DNA from: Felis catus
Taxonomy: Eukaryota
Assembly (NCBI RefSeq): GCF_018350175.1
Contig: NC_058368.1
Coordinates: 231,634,001-231,698,000, forward strand
DNA: 64,000 nucleotides
Reading direction: 5' to 3'
Shown: piece by piece, positions 50,421-62,064 of the stretch
How the letters are laid out: every line of letters begins with the position of its first letter
How positions within the stretch are numbered: position 1 is the stretch's first letter
The notes under the pieces: model-generated
The model's database searches: none
What the model was told of the DNA's origin: nothing
What the model saw: the letters and a program-made list of their open reading frames with translations, nothing else
Made by a program: the position numbers and the translations under genes

Positions 50421-53400
50421 CAAATGTTATCGTGCCCATTATTTGGTGTCACGTCAAACCTTGTATGATAACATTCCTTGTAAGGCGATGTTTGCAACTT
50501 CTATCATTCTGGTCTCATCTCTTGAATGGAAACCTAGAAAGAATGGAAATTTAAAGTTTTGAACTTTAAGTGGATTTATCCTTTATCTAGTATACTCACA
50601 GATTTTGAAGTTTCTCTGAAACTTTACCATGACATTGTACAGGTATTTAAAAGGCATGATAACTGAGTCAAAAATAGAGAATTTAAACACAGTAAGCACA
50701 GAATTTTGAAATTAGGGGTAAAAATTGTGTCCGGGCTTCCTTTTTCACTGGCATGTAACCTAACATAGTCCCAGACTCCAGGGATTAGAACGTGGACATC
50801 TTTGGACGTCATTATTCTGCCTACATAGCTATGAACAATCAGACGAAACTTTCTTTCCTCGCGGAACTGATAATCGAGTGATACTATGTGAGATTCAGCT
50901 GCTTCTTAATATACGCCCAAGCTTGTAATCAATAATCCCCTTGATTAGGAAGGTAATTCCCAGGCCCTGCTGGCAAGTCTCAATGAACACACTATTTTGT
51001 GTCTGGTTTCCAGGGTTGTGATCCCACCCTGCTGAAAGGAATACCTGGGCTTTATCTAATATTCTTCTATTCCCATTTTATTTTCTATAGACACTAAGGA
51101 ACATGGGATTTAATTTAATAATTTTCCTTACACATACTGAAGGAGTGCCTCTGACTTCTGAGCCCAGTTTTGGACACTGAGAAGGAGACCGTCCGTGGAA
51201 GTTTGGAAATTGCAAATGTACAATTAATACAGACAGGAAGAGTCTGATAGTCCTATCTTATAGAATCTGAAAAGTGTCAGAAGTGTGTATTTTCCAGGAT
51301 CCCGGCTTAAGAAGTTCAAAAGTGGGAGAAAGCAGTGCAGGCTTGAGCTGGCCTTGGGCGCACAAGAAGAAGGAAGGTCACCAAGAGTGGAGAAATTACA
51401 GGCAATTGGGGGGCAGAGCGGTCTGGTCTAACATTTTTGGCAACGTATTCAAATGTGAATGATCCAGAATAGTAGGTGATAACAAATTAGATGCGTTTGG
51501 CTTTAAACCCTGTTGGCTCAAAAATGCTTTCTTTAGAAATTATATTCCACTTAGGAAAATGTAAAAATGAAACGGCACGTCCTAAACATAAAAAGACACT
51601 AGCAATTTAATGTATTTTAAAATCAGTTCCAAAGAGAATATTCTCGTCCTCACTCGTCTTCTAGTAACATCCACCCGGGACATCTTTCTAGATTTCCCCT
51701 CAACTGGGGGAGAGATCCTAAGAGCCTCTAGAAGCAAGTGACAATTCCATGTCGTGTCTAATTTGTGGCACTGCTCAGGTCTCGTAAAATATTCATATTT
51801 ATGCAATTTTGTGTTGTATAATCCACACTCATTTATCTTTCCATGACTTACTGGTAATGACAATAATTATGCAGTTGGCAGAGAGGCGTGAAGTGACAGG
51901 TGTGATGGTTTTGTCAACAGTGGGTGTTTGACTGTAAACTGCTCCCCTCCAGAAATCCTTCACGTTAATTTGTTTTTTTTCCTTATTGCCAATAGAGAAG
52001 TCTCAGTGGAGACTGTGGAACTTAAAATCTCTTACTTCATTAGCATCCAGAGGGGAAATCCGGGGAGAGAGAGAAGAGGAAAAAGGGGGAATTGCCTCTG
52101 GCACTAATTAACAGTCAAGACGAACAACACAGTTGGTAAAAGTTAATCTGGAACTTTTTGCAGGTACAGTCTCTTGTGTGGATTGTCTGGTTGGAGAAAA
52201 TGGAAAACAAATGAGCTCGGGTGTTCTCCTGTATTACCTGTTGCCTTCATGCATCAGCAAATGCGGGTTTTCGCTTCGGAGCCGTCCCTGCCGGGATCCT
52301 GGTTTTGCGAATCATGTGGCCCAGGCAATGCTCTCCGTCCCTCTGACTCTACCTCACCGACTTCTACTTTTCAGGTCTCATCTAGACACGTATCTTTCAT
52401 TTATTTTTTGGGCTTTCTCCTCCCCTGCCATTTGGGGCTTCAGGCAGATAAAGCATTTTTAGCCTCTTCTGTGAATGGCATCCGGTGAGAGTCAAACAGG
52501 CCTCCCCAGACGGATGAAAGTTTCCTTTTCAAGTCTTGGCAGAGCAGGAATTTGAATTAGAATATAAAGTCCATCTATGGAAAATAAAACAACCCACGTA
52601 GTTTTATTGTTGTTGTTAATCTACATGAAACCTTATGTTGTTTTTCCTAGCTATAGAAGTGGAAAAAAACCTAGGAACTTAGGGTCAAATTCAAAGGTGT
52701 TTGGCCCTTCTGAAATACCTGCCCCACAGAACTTGGTGTTTTTTCTGTGTTAGCGTGTGGTTGGCCGAACAGGCAAATGTTCCGTTAGGGCGACTGAGAT
52801 TAAGTGAAGGAATATTTCCCGGGGAGTAGAGTTGTTTTGCGAAGGACTCAAGGCCTGTGATTTGCATGATGCTTCAGGAGGAAGCGGGCAGGTAGGAGTT
52901 TATCTCTGTGGCACCTGGCTAGAATTTCGGGAGGGTGATTCTCAGCCAGTGAGTGAGGCAGGCCACCCCCCTCTTTCCACTCCTAGTCATCAGACATCAT
53001 ATGTGAGCAAAATACTGAGAAATTAACAGGAAATCTTTTCTTTGAAATCGTGTTTGTGCTTCCATATGTTACATGACACAGGGGGAAAGCCTCATTAACG
53101 ATGACATTTGCTCTGTAGAGAAATCCCACCAACGGGAGGGAGGGCATCTGAAGACAAAAGAAGCATCTGGAGCCAGAGGAGCTGTTAGGGGTCGGTTGGC
53201 TGGCTTCTGCCCTCCCCCACTGCATTCAAGTCAGAAACTGGTCGGCCTGTTTCACAGATGTGGGACGGAGACCCCGACAGGTGTGGCATTCGCTGGGGAT
53301 CCTAGAGCTGGCAAGGACAGATGACAGCAAAGGTCTCCTGTTGGCCCTAGATGCCAATCAACTCCTAGTTCTGTTTTCCAACGTACACAAAGAAAAATCG

Positions 53401-53464
53401 CTATTTTTTTCATGTAAATCTTCCTTTTGGTGATTTTCTAAGATCCCACAAATATCCTCATTTC

Positions 53465-53689
53465 ATTGTTTTTTTTTAATGTTTATTTGAGAGGGAGAGA
53501 GAGAGAGAGAGAGAGAGCCGCGCATGAGCAGGGGAGGAGCAGAGACAGAGGGAGACACACAATCCCAAGCAGTCTCCAGGCTCTGAGCTGTCAGCACAGA
53601 GCCCGATGCGGGGCTCGAACTCAGGAACCATGAGATCATGACCTGAGCTGAAGTCGGACACTCTATCAACTGAGCCACCCAGGCACCCC
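53465..53689 (-). mobile_element. Can-SINE
   Basis: TSD CAAATATCCTCATTT. Confidence 0.94.
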
Positions 53690-55986
53690 CAAATATCCTC
53701 ATTTTAATGCATGCTGATGCCAGCATACGACATTCACAACATTTGTCATTCTGGGGGGAAGAGTGGGTGTTTTGTTGTAGATCAGTAACTTAGAGTGGCC
53801 AGAATCCATGGACAGCTTCCAGGCACTGGTTTCAGCGAGACACTTCGAAGGGTTGTGGGCTGCAGAATTCACTGGGACAAGAGAGGGAAGATGTGGGTCG
53901 CGCGGACCATCTGTGGGCTTTTGGGGAACTTCTTAATTTACTTGGATTTCTGTCTCCAATGAGTAAAATGAGGAGACGAAGGGAGGCGATCCCTGAGATT
54001 TCCTTCTGATTTTCAAGTTCTGTGAGTTCTGTGAGCATGTGTGGTTGTCTCTGGCCACCCTCTGGGACTCTGCATTAGCAGTGACTTGTGGTATTTCAGT
54101 GGAGGGAGAGATATAATGACCCTACCCAAGTGGCAGAGGCTGGTTGATGAAGACTGGCATGGGAAGAGAGAAGTACCTAATTCCTGTTCAGGATTTAATG
54201 ACAGGTTGCTTTGGGGCCAAGCTCTGTTTATACTAAGTCCCGCCTGGGACTGAGTGTATTGTTAATAAATGTCTTTGAGTTCCTCTGCTGTCACAAGATG
54301 CATCAAAAGAACTAATTACTCAGATTTTTGTTTAATGGTGCTTATCTAAATAACTTAGGAGCTTTTGAGTGAAAACAATAAAAATGCTAATGATTATGGT
54401 GCAGTGCAGTGTAATAAGGATATTTTCATAATCAGAAGTGAAGGAGTCGCAGAGCCGGCGGCAGTAACCCGCTGGTGGGTAGCAACGCCTCAAAAGTTTT
54501 GCCAGATTCAAGGCACTAGGGATCTGTAGTAACGGGAGGTGTCTCTGACTGTCTCTTAGCTTCTGCCCCTTAATCTCCCCCTACTCCGAAATGCACGGAT
54601 GCTCCAAAAGTTGCTCTTGGGTCTTGGACAGCAGTTGGGCGACCCATTCCACGGATATCACGTGCACCCAAAACTTCCACAACTTGAGTGGTTGCTGATC
54701 TCCGGTGTAAATGTGTCTTTAAGATCCATTAAGTTGTTAGTTTTGAAATTCTTATTAAAGTGCATTAGGAGAGAGGTATCTATGCCATGGTGCCTTACTA
54801 GTTTCATGGAAAAGTGATGCATGAAATAGTGTGTGTGGTGAGAACACTGGGACTGTAATTGGTAGACCCCAGCTGCACCTGCGGGCTTTGTTACTCGTTA
54901 TCTGGGTCTTTGGGCCAAATTGCATAATCTCTTGGCCTTCGTCTTCTCAGTATTTCTATCCCCCTTCAGATTGGTCCTAGGAAAAAGATGTGGTGGTAGG
55001 GAAATCCCAAACATGAGAACACCTTATTGACAAACCCATACTGTATTTCAGCGTATCAAGTGACTGAGAAAACTTTGATACAACATTCCCCAAACTTAGT
55101 AAGCAAGGGGGTCTCTCTGAGGACCATAGGCTGGGTGACCTCTCCAATCCCTCTCAACACCATGGGTAGGTCCACAAGGTGCAATTTCCTGCACATTTTG
55201 AGAAAAGCTACTGAGATAGGAATTAAAGCCAATAGCAAAGTTAACCTGCTTTAAGAAAGACCTTGAATTCTGGAAGGACTCATTTAGTTGCTGTATTTCA
55301 TAGAATCTAAAATGCCACTGGTTATAAAAGGCACCATTATTTTATGTACTTCTAAGAAAAAAAAAATGCTCCTAGTTAAACTCTGACATGGCTTCGGTTA
55401 TGAGACTCATCCTGATTTAGAGATATCCTAAAGTCCCCGAATTCAAGTAGTGCTCGTGGATTCGGAGTCAGGAAGCTTTTGCCACCAGACCTGGAAAGGA
55501 GGAGCACGCGGGGGGCACTGGAGGGGATTCAAGCACCGAAAGACCTTTATGCTCGTATCACCTACACAGAATTTTTGCATGAATCAATTTCGCCATAACT
55601 AAGGAATCACTGGGCATCTTTCTGGCCTTTTATGGATGAAGCCACTAAGAGGTAACAAGGTCGTGTATCACCAAGGATGACAGAATGAATTCCAGGGGTT
55701 CTTTGGACGCTGGTATGGGTTTATGTGGCTCGTTAAAATTGTATCTACTTAAAAAGTATTGATATTTATTAATCCTTAGTTGTGTTCATTATGAGGAATC
55801 TGGAATCTGGTTTGGGTTCCCCACTGTCCAATAAATAGTCCCTCCTGGGGCAGGTTAGGTAATGCCCTTCAGGGAAATGCTAACCACCCAACCTGCAGAA
55901 GAAGTCACCTGGGATCAGATGAGCCAGGAGGCCACTCACTGTTCTCTGTAAGAGCTACCGCTTTACTGGGAAAAAGCACGAGGGGA

Positions 55987-56180
55987 GGGGCACCTGGCTG
56001 GCTCAGTCAGTTGAGCGTCTGACGTTGGTTCAGGTCATGGTCTCACGGTTGATGAGTTTGAGCCCCGTGTCAGGCTCTATGCTGGTGGTACAGAGCCTGC
56101 CTGGGATTCTCTCTTTTGCTGTCCCTCCTCCCCCACTCATGCTCTCTTTCAAAAATAAATAAAACGTTAAAAAAAAAAAA
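55987..56180 (+). mobile_element. Can-SINE
   Basis: Flanking AAAAAGCAC duplication. Confidence 0.9.
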
Positions 56181-57786
56181 GCACCAGAGGAAAGGCAACT
56201 GGATTTGAACTCTGAAGGACGAGGGGGCATGTGTTCTACAAATAAGGGAATATCAGTTGATCTCTGGGAAAAGAAGAATATGGGAGCAAAGCGATCAAGC
56301 TTCATTACTGAAGGAGCTAAAGGCAGTCTCCTGTGTTTCTCATTTCTAGCTTTTTCTAGAAATAGGGGTTTAAAAAATTGGTGTTTTTTTTTTTTTAACT
56401 GAGTTAAAATAGCTAGAAAAATATGATGACATTAGACTGGCTTTCTCCAGAAGCTTGGCATGGAAATTACTGGTGGAACTTCTGTCTATGTCACGAGGGG
56501 AAAAGAAAGTTAAACTCAAGCCTTGGCATATGTGCTCAGAGGGAGTGCGATGCCTAATGCGATATTTGAGGGTCTAGAGACCCATCTGCATTGAAACTAG
56601 TTCTCTGGGGGCCTACTGCAGCTAACACTTGGTTTATCAGTCATTCCTTTGAATCAGGACATCAGAGTTTAAGGCAAGAATGATACCACAAGGGGTAATA
56701 CTGTAACTGTGATTCCATATCGCTGCCTTGGCATGAATTGTACCCTCGCTGGCGCCCTTGAAGAAATAGAAATGGATGGTAAGTTTGAATAATATAATAA
56801 CCTTTGCTAGGTGGGCAAGTGACAGAAGTCGTTCTCTTTTTAGACTAAACAAATGTGATATTATTAAAATAATAATAGGTTCCACTTGGGGACCCAAATT
56901 AAGAAATATACATTGGCCTCAGGAGAGCTTGGAGCCAGGGACTTGAACGACGGGGGACGTCCTTTTATTTGACCTCCTCTTTCCCATATGCTCCCTCTGC
57001 TTCTCTGGTTCATTTATCAGGAAATAAGGCAGCTACCAGGGACGAAGATCAACCTGCCCCAGCCAGGGGCACACAGAGACCAGTTTCTCATTCTCAGCTG
57101 TAGTTCCTGCCCGGCCCTGCGTGGATGGGCTTCTCACCCTTGGACTTACAAACTCTGAAAATGGGATGGTGGTAACTCTGGAAAAAGCAGTCACTTCCTG
57201 GGAAGCATAACACTGTACTGCTCAAATCAGACACTGAAGAGAAAAAAAACTTAAGTCTTGCAGGAGGAGAGGGAGATAGAAAGGAGGAAAAAGGCAGAGT
57301 TGTGGAATGCCCGATGTTCTTTAACTCACAAGAATGAGGGCAGCTGGGGCGACGTGGGTCAGCCATCAGGTGGGAAGTTAGGGGTTACGATCGCACTGGG
57401 CATGATCTTCTCTGCGCCGTCCTGGGCTTTGCGTACTGGGTGGGGTAGGCAGGCCAGGCTTTCGGTCCCAGTTGCCTTGTTAGGTTAGTTAGTGGTTTTG
57501 AACCCAGTGAACACTCCAGAAATAAAACCGCAGGCCCCTCTGGGGAATCTGGCAGGGAGCATCAGGAATTTTGCATGCTGGATACACAGCATAGCACCCG
57601 GTGGATACTAAGGGTACGACACGTGGTACATAAATGACCAAAGTCAATTTTATTTGGCCACGCACTGTGGCCAAATTTTATCTTTTTTAAAAGATATCTT
57701 TTAAAATTTATCTTAATTTTATCTTTTATAAAAATTAATTTATTTAAAAAAAATTAATTAAAAAAAATTTATAAAAATGAATTCTA

Positions 57787-57995
57787 GGGGCGCCTGGGTG
57801 GCTCAGTCGGTTAAGCGTCCGACTTCAGCCCAGGTCATGATCTCACGGTCCGTGAGTTCGAGCCCCGCGTCGGGCTCTGGGCTGATGGCTCGGAGCCTGG
57901 AGCCTGTTTCCGATTCTGTGTCTCCCTCTCTCTCTGCCCCTCCCCCGTTCATGCTCTGTCTCTCTCTGTCCCCAAAATAAATAAACGTTGAAAAA
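57787..57995 (+). mobile_element. Young SINEC_Fc-type SINE
   Basis: Perfect TSD AAAAATGAATTCTA at 57773-57786 and 57996-58009. Confidence 0.96.
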
Positions 57996-58789
57996 AAAAA
58001 TGAATTCTAATGTATCGCGTGTCTGCGTTATCATGTTTTTCCTACACCTCGGTGATAAAAAAAATCTCACAAGTCTTCCTTTCAGTTGATACTTAACAGC
58101 GGTTCTCAAACCCTATTTGGGTTTCACATACAAGGTAATGAATTGAGATGTTACGTCAGTTCATTTCAGCGAAATTTATCCCCGAAAAAGAGAGATGTGG
58201 GGGGGGGGGCGTATCCACTGGTATGACAAAATATTTCAAGCGATCGAGTGGTAGGTGAAACTTAGGAATAGGTATGTGGGAACGCTGTTTTGTTAAAGTT
58301 TAAATCTTCATTTATATGCTCTTAACAGGAAAAAAAAGCAACGCAATTTTTAAAAAAAATTTTTATTGAGCGATGCAATTTTTTCAAGGTTATGTTTTTC
58401 CCTCTTTGGAGGTGATGATAAACTGCTTAAAAATGAGGTGAAAACCTGAGCCCGGTCGCTATTCGCAAGACTGAGCAACGTGGCTATGGTTTGCCTTCCA
58501 GGCGCCATTTTCTTGCCCATGCAAATCTCGGCATCCTTCGTGTGAGATTTATTAGGGGGCAGTTTTCTGTGCCAGAGGCCCCAAGCTTCAGTTTTTGAGC
58601 AGCAAGCTAGCAGTTGCCGAAGGTAAAGCTGCTTTGAAGCCACATGCGGGTGTTCTGGGCTTCTCTCAAACACCCTGTTGGACTATTCTTTTTAAAATCT
58701 TCCCAGATCTTCACTGGGTTCAGACCCACTAACCAACTGTCTCGAATCCTGAATCTTTTCCACTGTGCCGCACAGTTGCCTTGCTTGAA

Positions 58790-59245
58790 TAAGTCCACAA
58801 ACATTTTCTGAAAAGGGCCAGACAGTAAATATTTTTGCTCTCTGAGCCTCATTTGGTCTCTTTCCCAAGTACTTGATTCTGCAGTTGCCACACAAAAGTC
58901 ACCGTATGGGGCACCTGGGAGGCCCAGTCGGTTAAGCATCTGACTTCGGCTCAGGTCATGATCTCACAGCTAGTGGGTTTGAGCCCCGAGTTGGACTGTG
59001 GGCTGACAGCTCAGAGCCTGGAACCTGCTTTGGATTCGGTGTCTCCCTCTCTCTCTGCCCCTCTCCTGCTCACACTCTGTCTCTTTCTCTCAAAAATAAA
59101 TAAACATTAAAAAAATTTATTGAAAAGAAAAGTCACCTAGACAATGCCCAAATGAAGGGGTGTGGCTGTGTTCCAGAAAACCTCACTTACAGCAATAGGC
59201 TGTGGTCAGAATTTGGCCCAGTGACTGTAGTTTGCTGACCCTTGA
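58790..59245. mobile_element. MER58-like hAT MITE split by a SINE
   Basis: TTTTCTGAAAAGGGCCAGACAGTAAATATTTT...TGTGGCTGTGTTCCA...CTGTAGTTTGCTGACCCTTG. Confidence 0.8.
58908..59128 (+). mobile_element. Can-SINE
   Basis: TSD AAAAGTCACC. Confidence 0.93.
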
Positions 59246-59326
59246 GTTATACCATTGGTAAAGGGTAATGGTTTTTTTTCAAACAATGCCTTGGAGCTGT
59301 GTCCATGCAAAATGAACGAACCTTTT

Positions 59327-60120
59327 TGAATTTCTAAAAAAAAAAAAAAAAAAGAAGAGATTTTTATTCGAGTCCAACGAGGACAGCTACCCGAGACACA
59401 CAATCTTCACAAAGAAAAGAGTGATCCAGAGAAGGAATGCTTAATACCAGGTTATATGGTTATATAAGTATTTTGTTACATCCAGAATTACAATTCATCA
59501 TGATGAAGGACTTTGCCAGAAAATTACAAACTTTACCTTATGCTTCTAGTATGTGCAAGGTGGCTGGCTTCCAGACGTATGGGAACAGAACCTAGGGAGA
59601 TTTTTACTCTTATCTTTAGTTTGAAATGTTTCATTTAGGCTATGTGGTAATGAAGCAGATGTACAATGTATGCTCGGGGCAGAAATAGAGCCCATGCTTT
59701 GAAATTCAGGTAAGTGATTCTGACCTTGGTAAATGTTGAAGCTTCCCTGGGAGCCCAGGAGCAGGGCCCACAAATACAAAAAGTGGAAAATTTCCTTTAT
59801 CATTTCCCTCTTTTGATCAAGAATCTTTTGAGGAAAGCTTGATGATCAGCCTTATTTGTTAAGTCCCTCGGTGCCACAGTGACTGGCTCGTCTGCCCTGG
59901 TGCCATCAGGTTCCTTGTTGCTGGGGCTCATCATGGGGGGAATGTGCTATAATGGAAATGGTAGGAAGCTCGGAAAATGATACATCGTTTTCTCTGAAGT
60001 CCAATTGACAAGGAAACATGGTACCTGTGATTGGTTTAGATTGTCTAATTTTACATTTGATAGAAAATTTATAATAACAATACATGAGGAACCAATGTCC
60101 TATTGGACTTTCCTTTAACA
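59327..60120 (-). mobile_element. ERV1-class 3' LTR (~59327-59802) with polypurine tract and adjoining internal remnant
   Basis: On the minus strand: TGATCAAAAGAGGGAAA|TG (PPT 59803-59814 then LTR TG), TATATAA at ~59460-59466, AATAAA at 59363-59368, T-rich U5 ending in CA. Confidence 0.7.
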
Positions 60121-60122
60121 GC

Positions 60123-60506
60123 CGTGGTGGTTTTTTTATGGGTCACTTTGGCTAGGCTAACATACCATTGTTTCATTAAACCCTAATTAAGTTATGCTGC
60201 GAAGGCCATTTTGTATGTTTGATGTGATTAACATCTATGATCCGCCGGTCGTTAGCGAAAGGTGATTACTTTCAGTAATGTAGGTGAGCCTCATCCAATC
60301 AGTTGAAGATTTTAAGAAGAAAAACAAAAAAACCCCAAGGACGCTCTCGGAAGAAGAATTTTGCCTCGAATTGGCAATCTCTGCCTGGGTTTCTAGCCTG
60401 CTGGCCTGCCCTAGCAATGTCAAACTTGTCAGCCTCCGTAGTCATGTAAGCTAATTCTCAGATATATCTCTTATTGATTTGTCTCCAGAGAACCCCGCCT
60501 GATATA
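60123..60506 (+). mobile_element. MLT2 (ERVL) solo LTR
   Basis: GGTGAGCCTCATCCAATCAGTTGAAG...AGCCTGCTGGCCTGCCCTA...TCTCCAGAGAACCC. Confidence 0.8.
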
Positions 60507-61578
60507 GAAGAAATATGCCTAATGAATTATTTCTTACCCTGAAGACTTATTCTCCTTTACTGTTATTATCTTTACATATGTATTTATTCGTCCAGCCACC
60601 CATCCATTCTTTTAACAATCTTTTCCATCTCAGTAAATGGTACAACTGTGCACAAGTTATTGAAACCAGCATCCTCGAAGGTACGCCAGCCTCCTGTCTT
60701 TGCGTATTTCCTTCCCACCTTCACCTCGCTGCTGGCCCCACCCTATTCCCAGCCCCCTCTGCGGTCTGTATCACATCTGTTTATCAGCACAGGTGCAGTG
60801 CACCTGCCTGCCTCTGCTGCTCTGTAGCTATGGGGAGAACACATTTGACACCAGGCTTGTGCTTTATTTTCAAAAGGTCATCTTGCTGAAGATGGACCTT
60901 TTGTCTTAATTTCCCTTTATGCAAAGCCAAGATATAAATATCTTCCCTGGGTCTACTTGCCAAACTCACTATGAGAGAGAGTAGAGCAACGAAACCTTGG
61001 ATGAAAGAACGCAAGTTCTCATTTTTCTCTGGGTTCTGCCTGAGCCTCGTCTTCGTGTTACCAGGACATTTGGAATTCGTATGCGCTGAAATCATCCTTA
61101 CGTCTTTTGCAGAATTACTATCTAAAGACATACGTAGAAGAATTGCAATCATTACCACTATAAACTATGGTTTTGTATTATAAGCTAGGGGTGTATTAGC
61201 CAGTATGCCTTTCTTAGAAAAGAAAAGTAAGGAGTTGGTATTTGCATGTTTACCCTCCAAATTTCCTGTCCTAGAATTTCCTCTTCTGAATTCCCGCCTC
61301 CTTGATCTACCAGCCTACCGTGAGAACGCTTGGCACGATTTCATGACACAAAATTGTAAGACAGTGTCCCCGGGCATCACCATGAAAAGTGAGAAAAGGG
61401 GTAAACCCAGAAGCTTAACTCTGCTCCATAAGCTGTGACTCAAAACATGACACACTTGTCACTTTTCAGCAGAGGGGTCACTGAGTCAGCCCCACGTTGG
61501 CAGACAATCTTGCTCTTTCCGTCCAGTTCGGGATGGAAGGGTCAGTCTTGCTCTCAAACAACAGACAACTGTCACTAA

Positions 61579-61814
61579 CTTTTATTTATTTATTTAAAAA
61601 AATTTTTTTAACGTTTATTCATTTTTGAGACAGAGAGAGACAGAGCATCAACGGGGGAGAGTCAGAGAGAGAGAGGGAGACACAGAATGTGAAGCAGGCT
61701 CCAGGCTCTGAGCTGTCAGCACAGAGCCCGACACGGGGCTCAAACTCATGGACCGCGAGATCGTGACCTGAGCCGAAGTCGGACGCCCAACCGACTGAGC
61801 CCCCCAGGCGCCCC
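61579..61814 (-). mobile_element. Can-SINE
   Basis: TSD CTGTCACTAACTT. Confidence 0.94.
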
Positions 61815-62031
61815 TGTCACTAACTTCTAAAAAGAACTGGTAGTTAAGCTAGACTTTAAAACAACACTGGAGACAGCCGGTGTACCTACTTGCCACAAAC
61901 CGTCCCTGGCTTTACTCACACTAACCTACTGGTCTCCCTCCCAGGGAAGAAAGGGCCTTTTGCTGAGTTTGGGTTTCTAGACACCTCTTCACAGCTTCCC
62001 AAACAGTCTCAGCAAGGAGGACAGTGGTAGT

Positions 62032-62064
62032 GTGTCACCAGGGGGCGTGCCCAGGTATAAATAG
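62032..62064 (+). promoter_or_regulatory. Candidate CTCF motif immediately followed by a TATA box
   Basis: GTGTCACCAGGGGGCGTGC (core CACCAGGGGGCG) at 62032-62050; TATAAATA at 62056-62063. Motif match only. Confidence 0.4.

Noticed and set aside
55503..55521. CTCF-like GCACGCGGGGGGCACTG
   Set aside because: Mismatches at several informative 5' core positions.
58412..58474. C-box (GTGATGA) and D-box (CTGA) at snoRNA-like spacing
   Set aside because: No terminal stem and no recognisable rRNA/snRNA guide; such short motifs occur by chance.
230..61814. Recurrent short ORFs such as [17 protein letters not shown]... and tRNA-like A/B boxes
   Set aside because: All are Can-SINE copies, not protein families or tRNA genes.
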